Of a stretch of DNA of 64,000 bases, positions 51,988 through 64,000 are shown in pieces; positions within the stretch are counted from its first letter, which is position 1; the number at the start of each line of letters is the position of its first letter. This DNA comes from Carcharhinus longimanus (taxonomy: Eukaryota), in the NCBI GenBank assembly GCA_030264375.1, contig JASCQW010000081.1, positions 53,108,875 to 53,172,874 on the forward strand. The letters are read 5' to 3'. The translations under genes were made by a program, and so were the position numbers. The notes under the pieces were generated by a model, which was not told the origin of the DNA, did not search any database, and saw nothing but the letters and a program-made list of their open reading frames with translations.

Positions 51988-53646
51988 CTGAAATGACATG
52001 CACAACATGAAATTAAATCTGCCATTTTAGCACTTCCACCAACCCAGTGATACTGAACCATATAATAAAATTTAACAAAATAATGCCCAACACATCTTGA
52101 ACAAATGGGAAAAGGCATGATTTGTAAAGTGAGAATACAGTACAATGCAAATACTTCAGATGTAGGTGATAAAATCGCTGCAAATAGTAATCTAGAAGTT
52201 TAAAATGAGTTGAAATATTCCATCTATTCTAGCTTCTAAAGACGACAATAAGACATATCAAAACAATAAGATAAAAAAAATCAAAGGGCTTCAAAGTCAA
52301 ATATAACCAATCTTAGTGAAGCAATGCAAATTTTTAGCATAGTGCACAATTAGTGGCACAACTCTATTGGTTGCTGCAGGAAATGCAGGACAGCGTTTAC
52401 ACCAATGTCTCCCCACAGGGAGATAATCGCATTTAGGCAATTAAGTAGAAACCCAAGAAGCAAGTGGGGCTCTTCTACTTGCAGACCTCCCAGGGGAGGA
52501 TTACAGAGGGGCACTGGGGAGCATTACAGAGAGGCATTAGAGTAACTTAATAGATGATTATGTACGTACCATTTATCACAAAAATATTGAATGGAAGCAG
52601 AGAAAACTGAATATCAATTGAAAAACAAAAATCCTTAATTTAAATGGTTACTTGGGTTTGCAACAGAGTCTTGGCATAAACAGAAAAAAAAAATTAGCCA
52701 TAACCGATAGGGCATCCATTGTTTGGAACTTATTTACAAGTTCCACGAACCAAATGTGGTTAAATGTCATCATCTTACTGTGCATCACAGCTGAGTACAG
52801 CAGCTTATGTAACCCATCCTTTGCCATATACAGGCTCAGAAGTATTTGAAAATATTTGCCATACACTTGCGTGGAAGAATTTAATAAATTCCATACTCAT
52901 TTATGAATCCATTTTTACCTGTGATACAAAAATAAACGATTGATGTACATAACAAAACAATGGCTACCCGAAAGTATTGAATTTCCTAGCTTTGAAGAAC
53001 AATGTGCTCTAGAACCATGTACTCTAATCTCAAGTTTGCAAGTTTTTGCATGGGCAAGCAATTTTTTTAAATTTTTCAATCCAATCATAATTAATTGCCA
53101 CAAACTACCTATTCATATATACATTAAATCCAAGGCAGCCATTTTATATTAGCGGCAAACTTTTAGAAACGCATTGATATAAATAAATGAACTGGAATGC
53201 AACATACAAAGATTTTAAGCTGTAATAAAACTTTCTCTATTTATACCTGTAATTTAAAAAATGTCAGTGAGGCACTTAAGAAAAACACATTCCTGCACTG
53301 AATATGAAAAAACAGGGAAAGTTGCATCCAATACACTTTAGTACTGCAGCATTGTATATGTGGTTAATTTCAACTGTGCATTAGCATTTGAATGGAAAAC
53401 TGTTGAGCTGGAACTAGCGTCCTGACTGACCAATTTCATTAAAGAACAAAGTAAAACAGAATTGTCATATCATCCGAATTTTCTATTGCTTTGACATGCA
53501 CCCAAACACAAGTTTTGGCCAGTTCTAAAGATAACATCCAAATGATGTGCCATCAATATATGGTTCAGTTCTGGAATCTAGTCCTTGGCATCAACAGCTT
53601 TTCTTCAGTACTATGCATGCATCTTGTTTTAATCTGTATAACTCAC

Positions 53647-53808
53647 TTCTGATCCTATATTTGGTCAACTGAGATCAAGCACAGCAACTTCACGATTCAG
53701 AGAAGCCTGTTAATAGGCCCATTATCCACCATTCTTGGATGCCAGTATGTTTCTCTGCCAAGCTTAGTAAAGTTCCAATCTCCATCAGCCCTAGGTCCCC
53801 TAGAACAC
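53647..53808 (-). promoter_or_regulatory. Candidate DHX9 poison (PTC/NMD) cassette exon in intron 6, exon 6A-like
   Basis: cttttcctatag|GTGTTC...CAGAA|gtgagt; 162 nt; in-frame TGA at 53699-53697 when spliced to exon 6; no recognisable repeat nearby. Confidence 0.6.
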
Positions 53809-55189
53809 CTATAGGAAAAGTGACACCAGAAATCAACAGCTGTCTATGATTGCTTGTACCATCATTCCTACAATGGAAGGATACCATGTGACAGCTTAGT
53901 GCAGCCTAAGCAACGTCACATGTTTGCAAGAGCGGTTTCTGGTGTCACCTCACTCCCATGACATTAAAGGAGTGACAGGTTTGTCACTTTTATTTAGTTT
54001 AAGTTTTCTATCTTACAATTTATCATCTATGGTTAAAAATATTTGCAATCGAACACACAAGTTTTGAAATAATATCATTGCACATTATAGACATTCTGCC
54101 CATTGAGTTTTCAAAGTACATAACTTATGTGCATCTATGTTTTTAAAACAATTTTGCATACTCAACATAAGTGCACAATGTTTTGGGAGGTCGAATGTAA
54201 TTTGGTAATTTAGTACCTTCTCAAACGTATGGGCAACATAGGAAACTGCTTCTACAGTAGATCCCTGCTATTTGGGCCTGTAAAGTCATAAAATCTCCAA
54301 ATAAATGAAAATCATCATCTCTGAACAATATGTTGCATCTTGAAATCCAATAGAAATTCAACAATCTGTTATTTCCCAATTAGCAGGAATCTACTATATC
54401 ATATTTAAGTTTCTTAGCATTCATAGGGGTACTGGGCAACTACCCCATTGAAAGCTCTATATAACAAGGCAAGCTGGCTGAGAAACATACTGGTACCATA
54501 CCATGAAGTATGGAATAACTCAGTTTTCAAACAGAAACCATCAGCTACAACAGGAACATTATTATGACAACTTAAAAAATACTTTTCACTAACACTAGCT
54601 TTCCCATTGCCTAGTACAATATCCTAATTATCTGCTCCTTCAGTGTTTTAAATGTATTAGGATTACATTCTGTCAGCTAAGTTAAAGAAGTTTCATNNNN
54701 NNNNNNNNNNNNNNNNNNNNNNNNNNNNNNNNNNNNNNNNNNNNNNNNNNNNNNNNNNNNNNNNNNNNNNNNNNNNNNNNNNNNNNNNNNNNNNNNCAAT
54801 CCTTGAGATTCAATGCTGAAGTACTCAAAATCAATTTAAAAGCTTGATGTGACCTGACTAGTACCTCTTAGCTGAAATCTTTTTTCCATTACTGAAAACA
54901 ACCTTATTTGAGTAACTTCAGATTGAAGACCCTAAACATTCAATAGTTGCCGTACATTTCAAACTGATCAAATGAGACAAACTATCTTTTACAGTCTGTC
55001 AGCATGCATTCAGCATTATAAGTTCACGTTGCAGCACTGCCACTAAGTTCAATAACAGCATTATGGGGAAAAAAAAGAAAGTTGCTGGAGATTCAAAAAA
55101 AGTGTGTTTTCGCTGGTCAAACTTCATCTTGTAATTATACCCACTAATTCGTGTGTATAGTCATTCATTTGGCGTAGGTCTGCTACTGC

Positions 55190-57190
55190 AGTCGCTTCAG
55201 GAGCCGAATATTCTCTTAATCCTGAAACTGGACAAAAATTCTGAGCAGTGCACTTCTCAGACCAATTTCTTCCTTGAATGTCGATTTGAAAGTGTTGGCT
55301 AAGATGCCTGGAGAAAATCGTTCCTGTGGTTACCTGTGATAAGACTGAATTTATTAAGGGTCAGATCTCATCCTTCTTGGATGTCGAAAAAGCCTTCAAA
55401 TAGGGTAGATTAGAATTATTTCTTTGATACCTTGAAAAAGTTTGGATTGGGAGAGTTTGGATTGTGAAGTGAATTCAAGTACTCTTAAGAACCCAGTGGC
55501 GATGGTCCTTACAAATGGTTTTAGATCTTAGATTTTTGGCCTCAAGAGGGACAAGACAGGGATGTCCCTCATCTTTTTTGTTTGCTCTAGCTATTGAATT
55601 TTTGGTGCAGGTCGTTAGACATGACCCAGGTTTTTGGGTTCTAGAGTACAGGAAGACTGCATAAAATATGTGGATGATATGTTGCTGCTTGTTTCCATGT
55701 CGGCTGTCCTGCTATTACTGATGAGGGAGCTAGATTTAGTTTTTTTGCGTTGTAAGATTAACTTCACGAAATCAGAGGCAATGCCCCTGGGCATGTTAAA
55801 GGGTAAACCCCTCATTCTTCTCATTTTCCCTTCAGGTGCCCTGCCCCCCACCCCCATTGGGGTTTACTTATCTGGGCATTCATATTGCCCCTGGTTTTCA
55901 GCAGTTCTAAAAGGTGAACTTTCCTCAAATACTAGCCTCCATTAGATGGGTCATACATTGTTGTCCATGAGTTGGAGGGGAGATCAAATTTAACATTCAC
56001 TCTTCAATTCAGGGTAATCCAGATTTCCCGCCTGGTTGCATGAATCATGGTTTGATATCTGGAGGACAGAAGACTCTGTAGATAAAGGCTCATAATTGAT
56101 AGCATTACCCTGTTATCTTTTGAGCAGCAATGTTGATTTTCCAAAACACTCCTTTTTTTTAGATATTTGCAACTTAGGGACTTTGACCTTAAAGCAACTC
56201 TTCTTTTAGATACTATCTGTGGAGCCCAAACATTTCATTAGTAAATTTTCTGACCCACTATGCTCTAGATTTTACATTACATTGGACACTGTGTTCTTAG
56301 GAAAGAGACCTCACAGTAAATCTTGGCAAGGAGACATAGGGTGGTATTTGAGAGTGCAGTAATAAAATTTCAGTTTGGAATAAAACAAAAAAACTCAGCT
56401 TAAACATGGCATCACCTGTATATTACTCTAAGTTTGAGGCACAGGGTTGACCCAGCCACATCCTCATTTTGCCAGAAGTGTGAGGTGGACGCAGAGGATT
56501 GCCTGCACTGTTGTTGGTCCCATGTCAAAATGAAAGCCTATTGGTTCAATGTTCTTAAATAGCTTTACAGGATCTTTGATATGGCCTTAAAGTTCATTCC
56601 CACGCATTCAATACTGGGTCTCCCAGACAAAAGAATCAGTAACGTGAATGAGAAAAGGCTATATAAGATGCTATCTGCAACACGGAAGAATATTCTTTGT
56701 CCACAGATTAGTGATAAGCCCCTTCAATTTGGATACGGCATAAAATCATTCTGGAACGTATACCAGTGGAATTCATAACTAGTTTACTTTGAGCTAAATC
56801 AGATACATTCCGTAAAGCATGGGTCCCTTATCTTAAAGTCTGGACACCACATGGTCTAGTTTACTCCAACAAGGTTTACAGCAAGTTCCATGGCTCTGTC
56901 ACCATTATCCTGTAAGCTTGGTTGTGCACCGCTGAGTCAACTGTGGCCATATCCTGTTGTCCTAATACTCCCCCCATCCTTCAATATATCATTTTGTTCC
57001 TTTGTGAGATGGGAGGTGCTGACTACAATGAATAATCTGAACTAACTGGATTGGTAATTTTCCTTTCTTTTTCGACACATGCTTGTTTGAAAATGATCTT
57101 GCCTTACTGCACCAATCTTTGAGAGCTTGTTGCATTAATTGTATAAAATGAATAAAAACTTCAATGAAATTACATTTTGAAAAAAAGTCA
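55190..57190 (+). mobile_element. Degenerate L1/Tx1-type LINE 3' part
   Basis: RPISFLNVDLKVLAK, FLDVEKAF, RGTRQGCP..LFALAIE and YVDDMLL motifs, Cys-rich C-terminal remnant, A-rich end. Confidence 0.8.
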
Positions 57191-57714
57191 AGCTTTTATA
57201 CAAACTAGTATTATTCAGAAAGGCATTGCAATGTCCTGAGAGATTACCAGGTCATCTTTCTCAGTTACTACTCACATATCATCTAGGACCAGGACAACTA
57301 GGTAAAAACCAAAAGAAAGGAGAACGAATTTGAGTAATTAGTAAAGAAGTTCATTTTTATGCATAATGAATCTTTGTCATCTGGGTAAGTCTGAATCATG
57401 CCAAAAAACATTGCAACCGATTCCTGAAGCATTTTCGAATTATTTTCAATTTTGAATGTAAAAGTGAATTGGTGCCCAATTTAGAAAATTAAAAATACAA
57501 GAAATCCTAGCAGCTTAAGAAAAAAGTAAATAAGCATTTGAAGAGCACCACGAATATCCGCCGAGTTTACCAAGCACCTCTCAATAAAATACATTTGAGA
57601 TGTTCTCATTGTCATAATGAGAAAAACATTAGAACTTGTTGGCCCTTATGAAACGTTAGCTCTGTTCTCCCTCACCGCAGATGCTGAGATCTTCAAGCAT
57701 TTTCTTTGAGATTG

Positions 57715-57960
57715 GTTGACGGATAAATGTTAGCCAGGATGATGTTACTCATGACAATCTTTACATTGGATCTTTTACATTCATTGGAGGGGGTAGACAG
57801 ACTCAGTTCATCATTTAATCTAAAATACAGCATTCTTGACTGTGCAGACTTCTGCAGTCCTGCTCTGAAGTGTCAGTCTAGAATATGTGCTTAAATGTCT
57901 GAAGTCTGTATTCAATTCAGCTTCTGATTCAAATGCATATGTACTACCACTGAACCAACT
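57715..57960 (-). mobile_element. DeuSINE/SacSINE1-like SINE
   Basis: ggatcttttacattcatt...gaagtgtcagtctagaatatgtgcttaa...ttctgattca...ccactgaacc; a plus-strand relative is at ~61790-62130. Confidence 0.65.
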
Positions 57961-58369
57961 CTACGCTTTTAAGTAGTTTGCAACTTTTGTAATTCTTACA
58001 AATGAGTGAATTAATTATCTTCTGGATCTACAAGAATAACATACATTTGATTTACTGAATATTTTCGATAAAATGTTACTCTGGAACATTTATTCATTTA
58101 ACTAGATGAACTTTAAAAGGTGCTCTATTCTTTATTATGTGGTTTCTAGAAGGGTTACTATTTTTGTTTCAAGCAGAATTGCAAATCTACTACCAGTACG
58201 GGCACATCCATGGGAAGCAATAGTTGCATTGTTCCCATTTAACCTCACTTGACAAGTGGGGATAAATGGGATACTAGTTTACATTTCAGAATTGCACAAC
58301 ATGAAAACCATAAAAATTATTATTGCTGCATTGCTCAATTGATTAGTCCACAATTAAAATGTATCAAAC

Positions 58370-58518
58370 CTGTTGTGGTCAGGTCCCACTTGTAAATACT
58401 TATAATCTGCTTGAATCTTCTCTTTTTGGAAGAATTGGTTAAGTTGTGCTTTGGCATTTTCAAGTGTCCAATTGCCATGAAGGCCAGCATTCAAATCTAA
58501 GCCTTCAGATTCCAAAGT
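58370..58518 (-). CDS. DHX9: DHX9 exon 6 (start of dsRBD2)
   Basis: 149 nt, phase 0-2; TLESEGLDLNAGLHGNWTLENAKAQLNQFFQKEKIQADYKYLQVGPDHNR. Confidence 0.96.
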
Positions 58519-59364
58519 CTAGGAAAAAGAGTTATTTGTTACAAAAAGTTGTGCAAAAATAACCTTCTGCATCTTTTTGTTATACAAATTGCAGTGGCTA
58601 TATTTTCAACACATAAAAAATACTGCGAAGAAATACAATTATTTCTGTAATGGCTAAGTGGAGCCAAACATGCCGAGGTACTCAGGCTCAACCCTTGGTC
58701 TGTGGTTAGCTATCAACCAGTGCTATACCCTGAAAGGGAAAGACAGGTCTAAACTAGTTTGGTCAGGGTCCCTGCACCTAGGATCCATTAGAGCAAAATC
58801 TTGTTTTCATCCAGTTTATATCCCCACCTTTCAAGAAGTGAAAATCTGCTCATTTCCAAGCCCAACAATATCAATACCAATTGCAGCACCACTATCATCA
58901 CTCAGTTACTTCATTACCAATCAGAGATCAAACTTTTTGTGTAACCCAATGCCACAGCATCCCACGCACTGATCCACCAGGGAGTATCATTTCGTTTTGT
59001 TTATTCTAACATTTATGCAGTTCATGAGGAAGACTAAATTACAAATAGGCACAAATATATTTCTAAATTCACAATTCCAACTAAAGACATCTGTAAAACT
59101 TTTACTTCAGACTTCATCTTTTTTACAATATAATTTGGCTCAATCTGAATTCAAAATTGCAACAAGTGAAAATGTTCTGACCTGCTGTGTATTTGTTTTT
59201 AATTTCCAATTTCCAGCATTCGCAGTATTTTTCTTGCGGGAAATGGTATTGTTTTTATTAGGATGCATTGTGCAGAAAATATTTCTCAAACCATCTTCAT
59301 GAACATACTGAATTACTGAGACAGTCACACTACAACTGTACTTATCATTATGCATGTCCCTTAC

Positions 59365-59471
59365 TGCTTGGGCTTCTTGTTCATCTCTCTTCTCATAATA
59401 TTCCTTCAGATTGGCTCCACGCTCCCAATAACCGCCGAATCCTCCTGCCCCACTTCCTCCAAAGCCAGAAT
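59365..59471 (-). CDS. DHX9: DHX9 exon 5
   Basis: 107 nt, phase 1-0; DSGFGGSGAGGFGGYWERGANLKEYYEKRDEQEAQA. Confidence 0.92.
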
Positions 59472-60389
59472 CTACAACGGCAAAATCATTTTAAGCAATA
59501 TTTATTAAGGAACATTATTAACCTTTTCTACAATACACTCAGACCAAGTTTTAAAGCACTCTGATATGACTTTCGAGTTGTTGGTGCCTGTGCATACATC
59601 CCGCGTACAATAATATCAATTCAAACCCGTATTATTTAAGACTCATGGCAAACTTGTTTTCACTAGGCTTACAAGCAATGGACATGGCACCATAACACAT
59701 GTTCTCTTCAATCAAGTTGTGATGCTTGGAGATTTAAACTTACCACATCTAAATCAACCTTAATAGAACCATAAAATGAAAGAGCATAAGGAGATATTAG
59801 GCCCACTGTGCCTATTCTGGCTCTTTGATAGAGCTATTTAATTAATCCTGCTCCTCCCCCAATTATATTTTTTCCATTTTTTAGGTATTTATCCAATTCT
59901 CTATTAAATCTACTTCTCCACAACACTTTCAGGCAGTGTGTTACCCATCACAACAACTGGGTTTAAAAATGTTTCCTCATGTTTCCTCTGGTTCTTTTGC
60001 CAATCACCTTAAATTGTGATTGCCAGAATCAACTCTTCTGCCACCAGAAACAGTATTTCCTTATTTACTCTGCCCTCGTGTCATCTCACATTCCAGACCT
60101 GACAGGAATGTGTTCAGCCTTGCCTGCCTCAGATCCAACGCAAAGACATGACAAGTCCTTGACACAATGATACCACACTATCATTCCATATAGAGGAATA
60201 CCCACACATGGCAGACACACCTGCATCTGTAAAGAGTTGGGTTTACCAATCAGCAGCAGGTGGGCAAATATCATGGCCCAAGGTACATCCATACTGCCAA
60301 CAAACATCTCAAGGGCAATTAGAGATGGGCAACAAAGTGCTGGTGTTGCCCTTTCCTGTGAAAGAGTATTCAAAAAGAATCAGCACTGA

Positions 60390-61390
60390 CAATATGACGC
60401 TGGAGGATTTAATAGTTTCACGTAGCTTGGCTCCACAATCAGCAATCTGTTGCTTGATGCAGAATCAAAAGCTATGGCTGTTATGTCCAAGCTAAGCAAG
60501 AGCATGGAACAGCAGCAGCCTAACGAAGAAAACCAAACTGTAGGTCTATCGTGCCTGTGTCCTCATCTATAGTGGTGAGACCTGGACAACATACAGTAGA
60601 CAAGAGGAACTGCTGAACAGTTTCCAACTTTGCTGTCTCTGACATATCCTCAGCATCTCTTAACATGGCAAGGTTATCAAGTCAGAAGTTCTGGAGGGTG
60701 CTACTTCTCCCAGCATACACTCACATTTAAGCCCATTATATCTGTGCTTGCTCAGCCATGTTCATCAGATGGATGACAACTACATACCCAAAAACATTCT
60801 ATACAGAGAAGTAGCCACTGGGTGACAACCGACTGGATATCAACATCTCCGCTACAAAAATATTTGTAAATGAGATATGAAAATATGGAGACTGCATACA
60901 CTAAAACAGACAAATTGGAGAGAATTGCCGACAGCTACTACCTCTAGAGGCTGACTGTCTGGAAGAACATTGGAAGATTTGATTCGATTTGTCATATGTA
61001 TTGGCATACAATGAGAAGTATTGTTTCTTGCGCACTATAAACAAAGAATACCATTCATAGAGCAGATAGAGGAGAAAAGAGGGTGCAGAATGAAGTGTTA
61101 AGAATCATAGTTAGGGTGTAGAGAAAGCTCAACTTAATGTAATATGCAGCAGGGAGGATGTTGTTCCTGAGTCAGTTGGTTCATGACCTCAGGCTTTTGT
61201 ATCTTTTTCCCGACAGCAATATGAAATAGAAATCTCGACCGGCTAAGAAGGGAGCCTAGAGAAAAGAGCTCAGCAAAGCTTGCACTTTCTCAGCCCATTG
61301 TGTTCATCTGCAGAAAATGCAGCAGATGCCAGAATGGGGCAGATAATTGATCAAGGTGTAAATCATTGCCACACGATACAGAAGACTGCC
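60390..61390 (+). mobile_element. RTE-clade LINE 3' fragment with an internal insertion (~60980-61215)
   Basis: VYRACVL..SGETWTTY, LSHVHQMDDNYIPKNILYREV motifs. Confidence 0.75.
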
Positions 61391-63297
61391 AAGAGTCTAT
61401 CAAAACAATCCATGATTTTGAACACAGTGCACCAGAGATGGAAGGAGCAAATGCTTTAAGACAATGGATAGGGTGCTGATTGTGTGAGCTTGTTTGCCCT
61501 GAATGTTATTGAGCCTTTTGAATTTTATCAGAGCTGCACTCATCTAGGCAAGTGAAAGTATTCCTTCACACTTATGCTTTTTGCCTTGAAAATGATGAAT
61601 TTTTTTGGGGAGTCCAGGTAGGAGCAACTCCGGTAAAATACCCAACCTCTAATCTGCTCTTTTAGTATTTATGTGGTTGGTCCAGTTAAGGTTCTGGTCA
61701 ATAGCGACCTCCAGGATTATATGCTGGAACATTTCAGTTATGGCAATGGAATTCAATGTCGAGTGGAGATAATCACTATCTGGCACTTGCTGGGGTCTCA
61801 CTTTGGAGCCTCTACAAAACTTGGCTGCATAATCTAGGCTGACTAGTTACTGTACTGAAAACCTGTTGCCTTAGGCTTGGGATATAAAACAGGTGTCTTC
61901 TCGGCCTACTTATGTGAATGTAAATGATCTTAAGGCACTAGTTTAATAAAAGCAGAGTTGTCCCAGTATGCTTTAGCCAAAACCACAAAAATGAGTTGAT
62001 GATTTAGCTCATTGTTGTGAGACCTTGCTGCATGCTAATTAACTGCCCATGATTGTACTTCAGAAGTTCATTTTCGAAGAACACTTCAGAGTCCAAAACG
62101 ATGTGAATGTTGCTCTGCAAAAGCAAGTCTCTGACTGTGCATGATTTGTGAACTTCATCTCATTGGGTTTGGAGGAACAAAATCATGCCTGATCACAGAT
62201 TTTTGTTTTAAAGGAATATTTTTCAAATAGACAATTTAAATTTAAATATCCAAAAGCTATTGTTAGAACCCTTTGGGGGACTGAAACTCACAGTAAAACT
62301 TGGGTGTTCATTAAAAAAATTGGGGATAGTGATGTTAAAGTGGAGGAAAGGAAAAGTATGGAGTAAAACACTTCAGAATTTATTGAAGGGCCATCTTATC
62401 ACTTCCAATATTCATTAAATGAGATGCATTTAACATCCTAATGTGCACCGGTCAACCAAGTTTATATAAGAGTTGAGAAGGAAGTTAAGTTGGAAACAGC
62501 AAAAGAATAAAATTTACAAATTGAAAAAAATCAGTGGCAGGCAAAAAAAATACAAGCTAGTTCACATTGTGCTACTTACACAAGGAAAAGAATTTGTCTG
62601 TCACAATAAGTATGGTGCAGATGTGCTTAAAAGTGATACGGAAAAGGATCCTATGAAGACAGTAGATACAGTAATTAACATGTCAAATCAATTTGTTTTG
62701 ACTCCTCCGTCATTTGCTGCATCATTTCTTAATTAAACATAGGAGTGTTTTCTTTTGGAGAGGGTAAGATATCTGAATAATTCTCAAGAAAGATACTTTG
62801 TGTATCTATGAACTTATTCAAACATTTTTTTAATTCTTTGTTGCAACTTTCACAATGTTTTCCATACGATCCAACAATAACTACTGTACAAGTTCTTTCC
62901 AGAGTCTCAAGTATACAAAAAGAATGAAAGAAGCTTGGCCAGTTATTCTACACAGTTCAAGTGTAATGAGTTTGTTCTTGCAAGAAAAAAAATGGCACTA
63001 TATTAGTGCTTCATAGTATATGACAAATTCTGAACTGTGAGGGAAGTAATTGCAACAAAGTTAGCATGAAGTATGAAAAGAAAAGCCCAAGCGGATGAAT
63101 CAAAACAGACATTGCTGCATGAACATTATTCGGTGAAAATGTTAATTGATACTTCACTAAATAAAATACTTGACTGCAACTCCACTTTGAATTAACTTTC
63201 ACTTCCTACTAACAGCTCCCAAGCATGAAGAAATTTATTCAGTGTATTATAATTGCCGGAAATAGCCCTACTTCAAAAAAATTTCAGAAAGGCTCAC

Positions 63298-63400
63298 CGG
63301 TTTCCCTCTTCACAGCCAAGTGAGGAGCATTGGGAACACTGGATGGCAATTCTCCTGGTATGATACTTTGACCACTATCAACAGCATCAGGTTCAATTCC
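63298..63400 (-). CDS. DHX9: DHX9 exon 4 (linker after dsRBD1)
   Basis: ttgatag|GGA...ACCG|gtgagc; 103 nt, phase 0-1; GIEPDAVDSGQSIIPGELPSSVPNAPHLAVKRET (PHLA.K motif). Confidence 0.85.
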
Positions 63401-63719
63401 CTATCAAAATTAAAGGCAGCAACATTGATTTAAATTTAAAATAACATCTATCAAGAACCCATTCATATATACATGGATGGACAAGTGATCAAATANNNNN
63501 NNNNNNNNNNNNNNNNNNNNNNNNNNNNNNNNNNNNNNNNNNNNNNNNNNNNNNNNNNNNNNNNNNNNNNNNNNNNNNNNNNNNNNNNNNNNNNNNNNNN
63601 NNNNNNNATACGTTAGCAAGGCCTTTTGTCTTGTGCTCATCAGAACAAATGTAAGATTAACAAATTATCATAACAACTTACACATCACAGGTGAAAAGAT
63701 TGCCAATCTCAAGTCAATG

Positions 63720-63930
63720 CCTGTGCGCGTTTCATCCAAGTGTCCCAGTTTCCTCTCACAATCCAAAGATGTGTGGGTTAGATTGATTGGCCATGCTAAA
63801 TTGCCCCTTAGTGTCAGGGAACTAGTAAAGTAAATAGGTGGGGATTAAGGGGATAGGGCCTGGGTGGGATTGCTGTTGGTGCAGGCTCAAAAGCCAAATG
63901 GCCTCCTTCTGCACTGTGGAGATTCTGTGA
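63720..63930 (+). mobile_element. HE1 SINE 3' part
   Basis: tccaaagatgtgtgggttagattgattggccatgctaaattgccccttagtg...ctgcactgt. Confidence 0.88.
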
Positions 63931-64000
63931 AATCTGGTTCACTCAATCTACGTGTAGATTGATGATTGCGATACCTTTCTCACATATCCCATTTACCTCT

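Larger units (their letters stand above)
14061..63400 (-). other. DHX9: DHX9 (ATP-dependent RNA helicase A) gene span, 24 visible exons (human-equivalent exons 4-27)
   Basis: Spliced exons give a continuous ORF with dsRBD2, [25 protein letters not shown]2 and OB-fold motifs. Exons 1-3 lie beyond the window end; the last (RGG) exon is not seen. Confidence 0.98.

Noticed and set aside
52915-53260. Further cryptic splice-like motifs (acag|gtaaaa, acag|gtataa) in DHX9 intron 6
   Set aside because: No convincing acceptor-donor pair could be defined from sequence alone.

Overview
AT-rich eukaryotic genomic DNA from a cartilaginous fish, most likely a shark (abundant HE1-type SINEs, DeuSINE/SacSINE-like SINEs, CR1/L2/RTE/L1 LINE debris, Penelope-like and Harbinger remnants), with about 12 N-gaps. 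Two convergent spliced genes are present. SHCBP1L (+) shows three internal exons at 4421-10219. DHX9/RNA helicase A (-) shows 24 consecutive GT-AG exons at 63400-14061, equivalent to human exons 4-27, all phases consistent. The terminal exon of each gene is not visible and probably lies in an assembly gap. The most notable finding is a 162-nt stop-containing candidate poison exon in DHX9 intron 6 (53647-53808) whose 3' splice site abuts a dense, switchable RNA hairpin cluster, suggesting an ancient structure-gated autoregulation of an RNA helicase. Other oddities: a U1 snRNA fragment inside a palindromic element, a tRNA-Lys pseudogene/SINE chimera, a stop-free in-frame intron, long intronic inverted repeats and a locally templated duplication. 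Exon numbering and family names rest on recalled sequences, not database searches.
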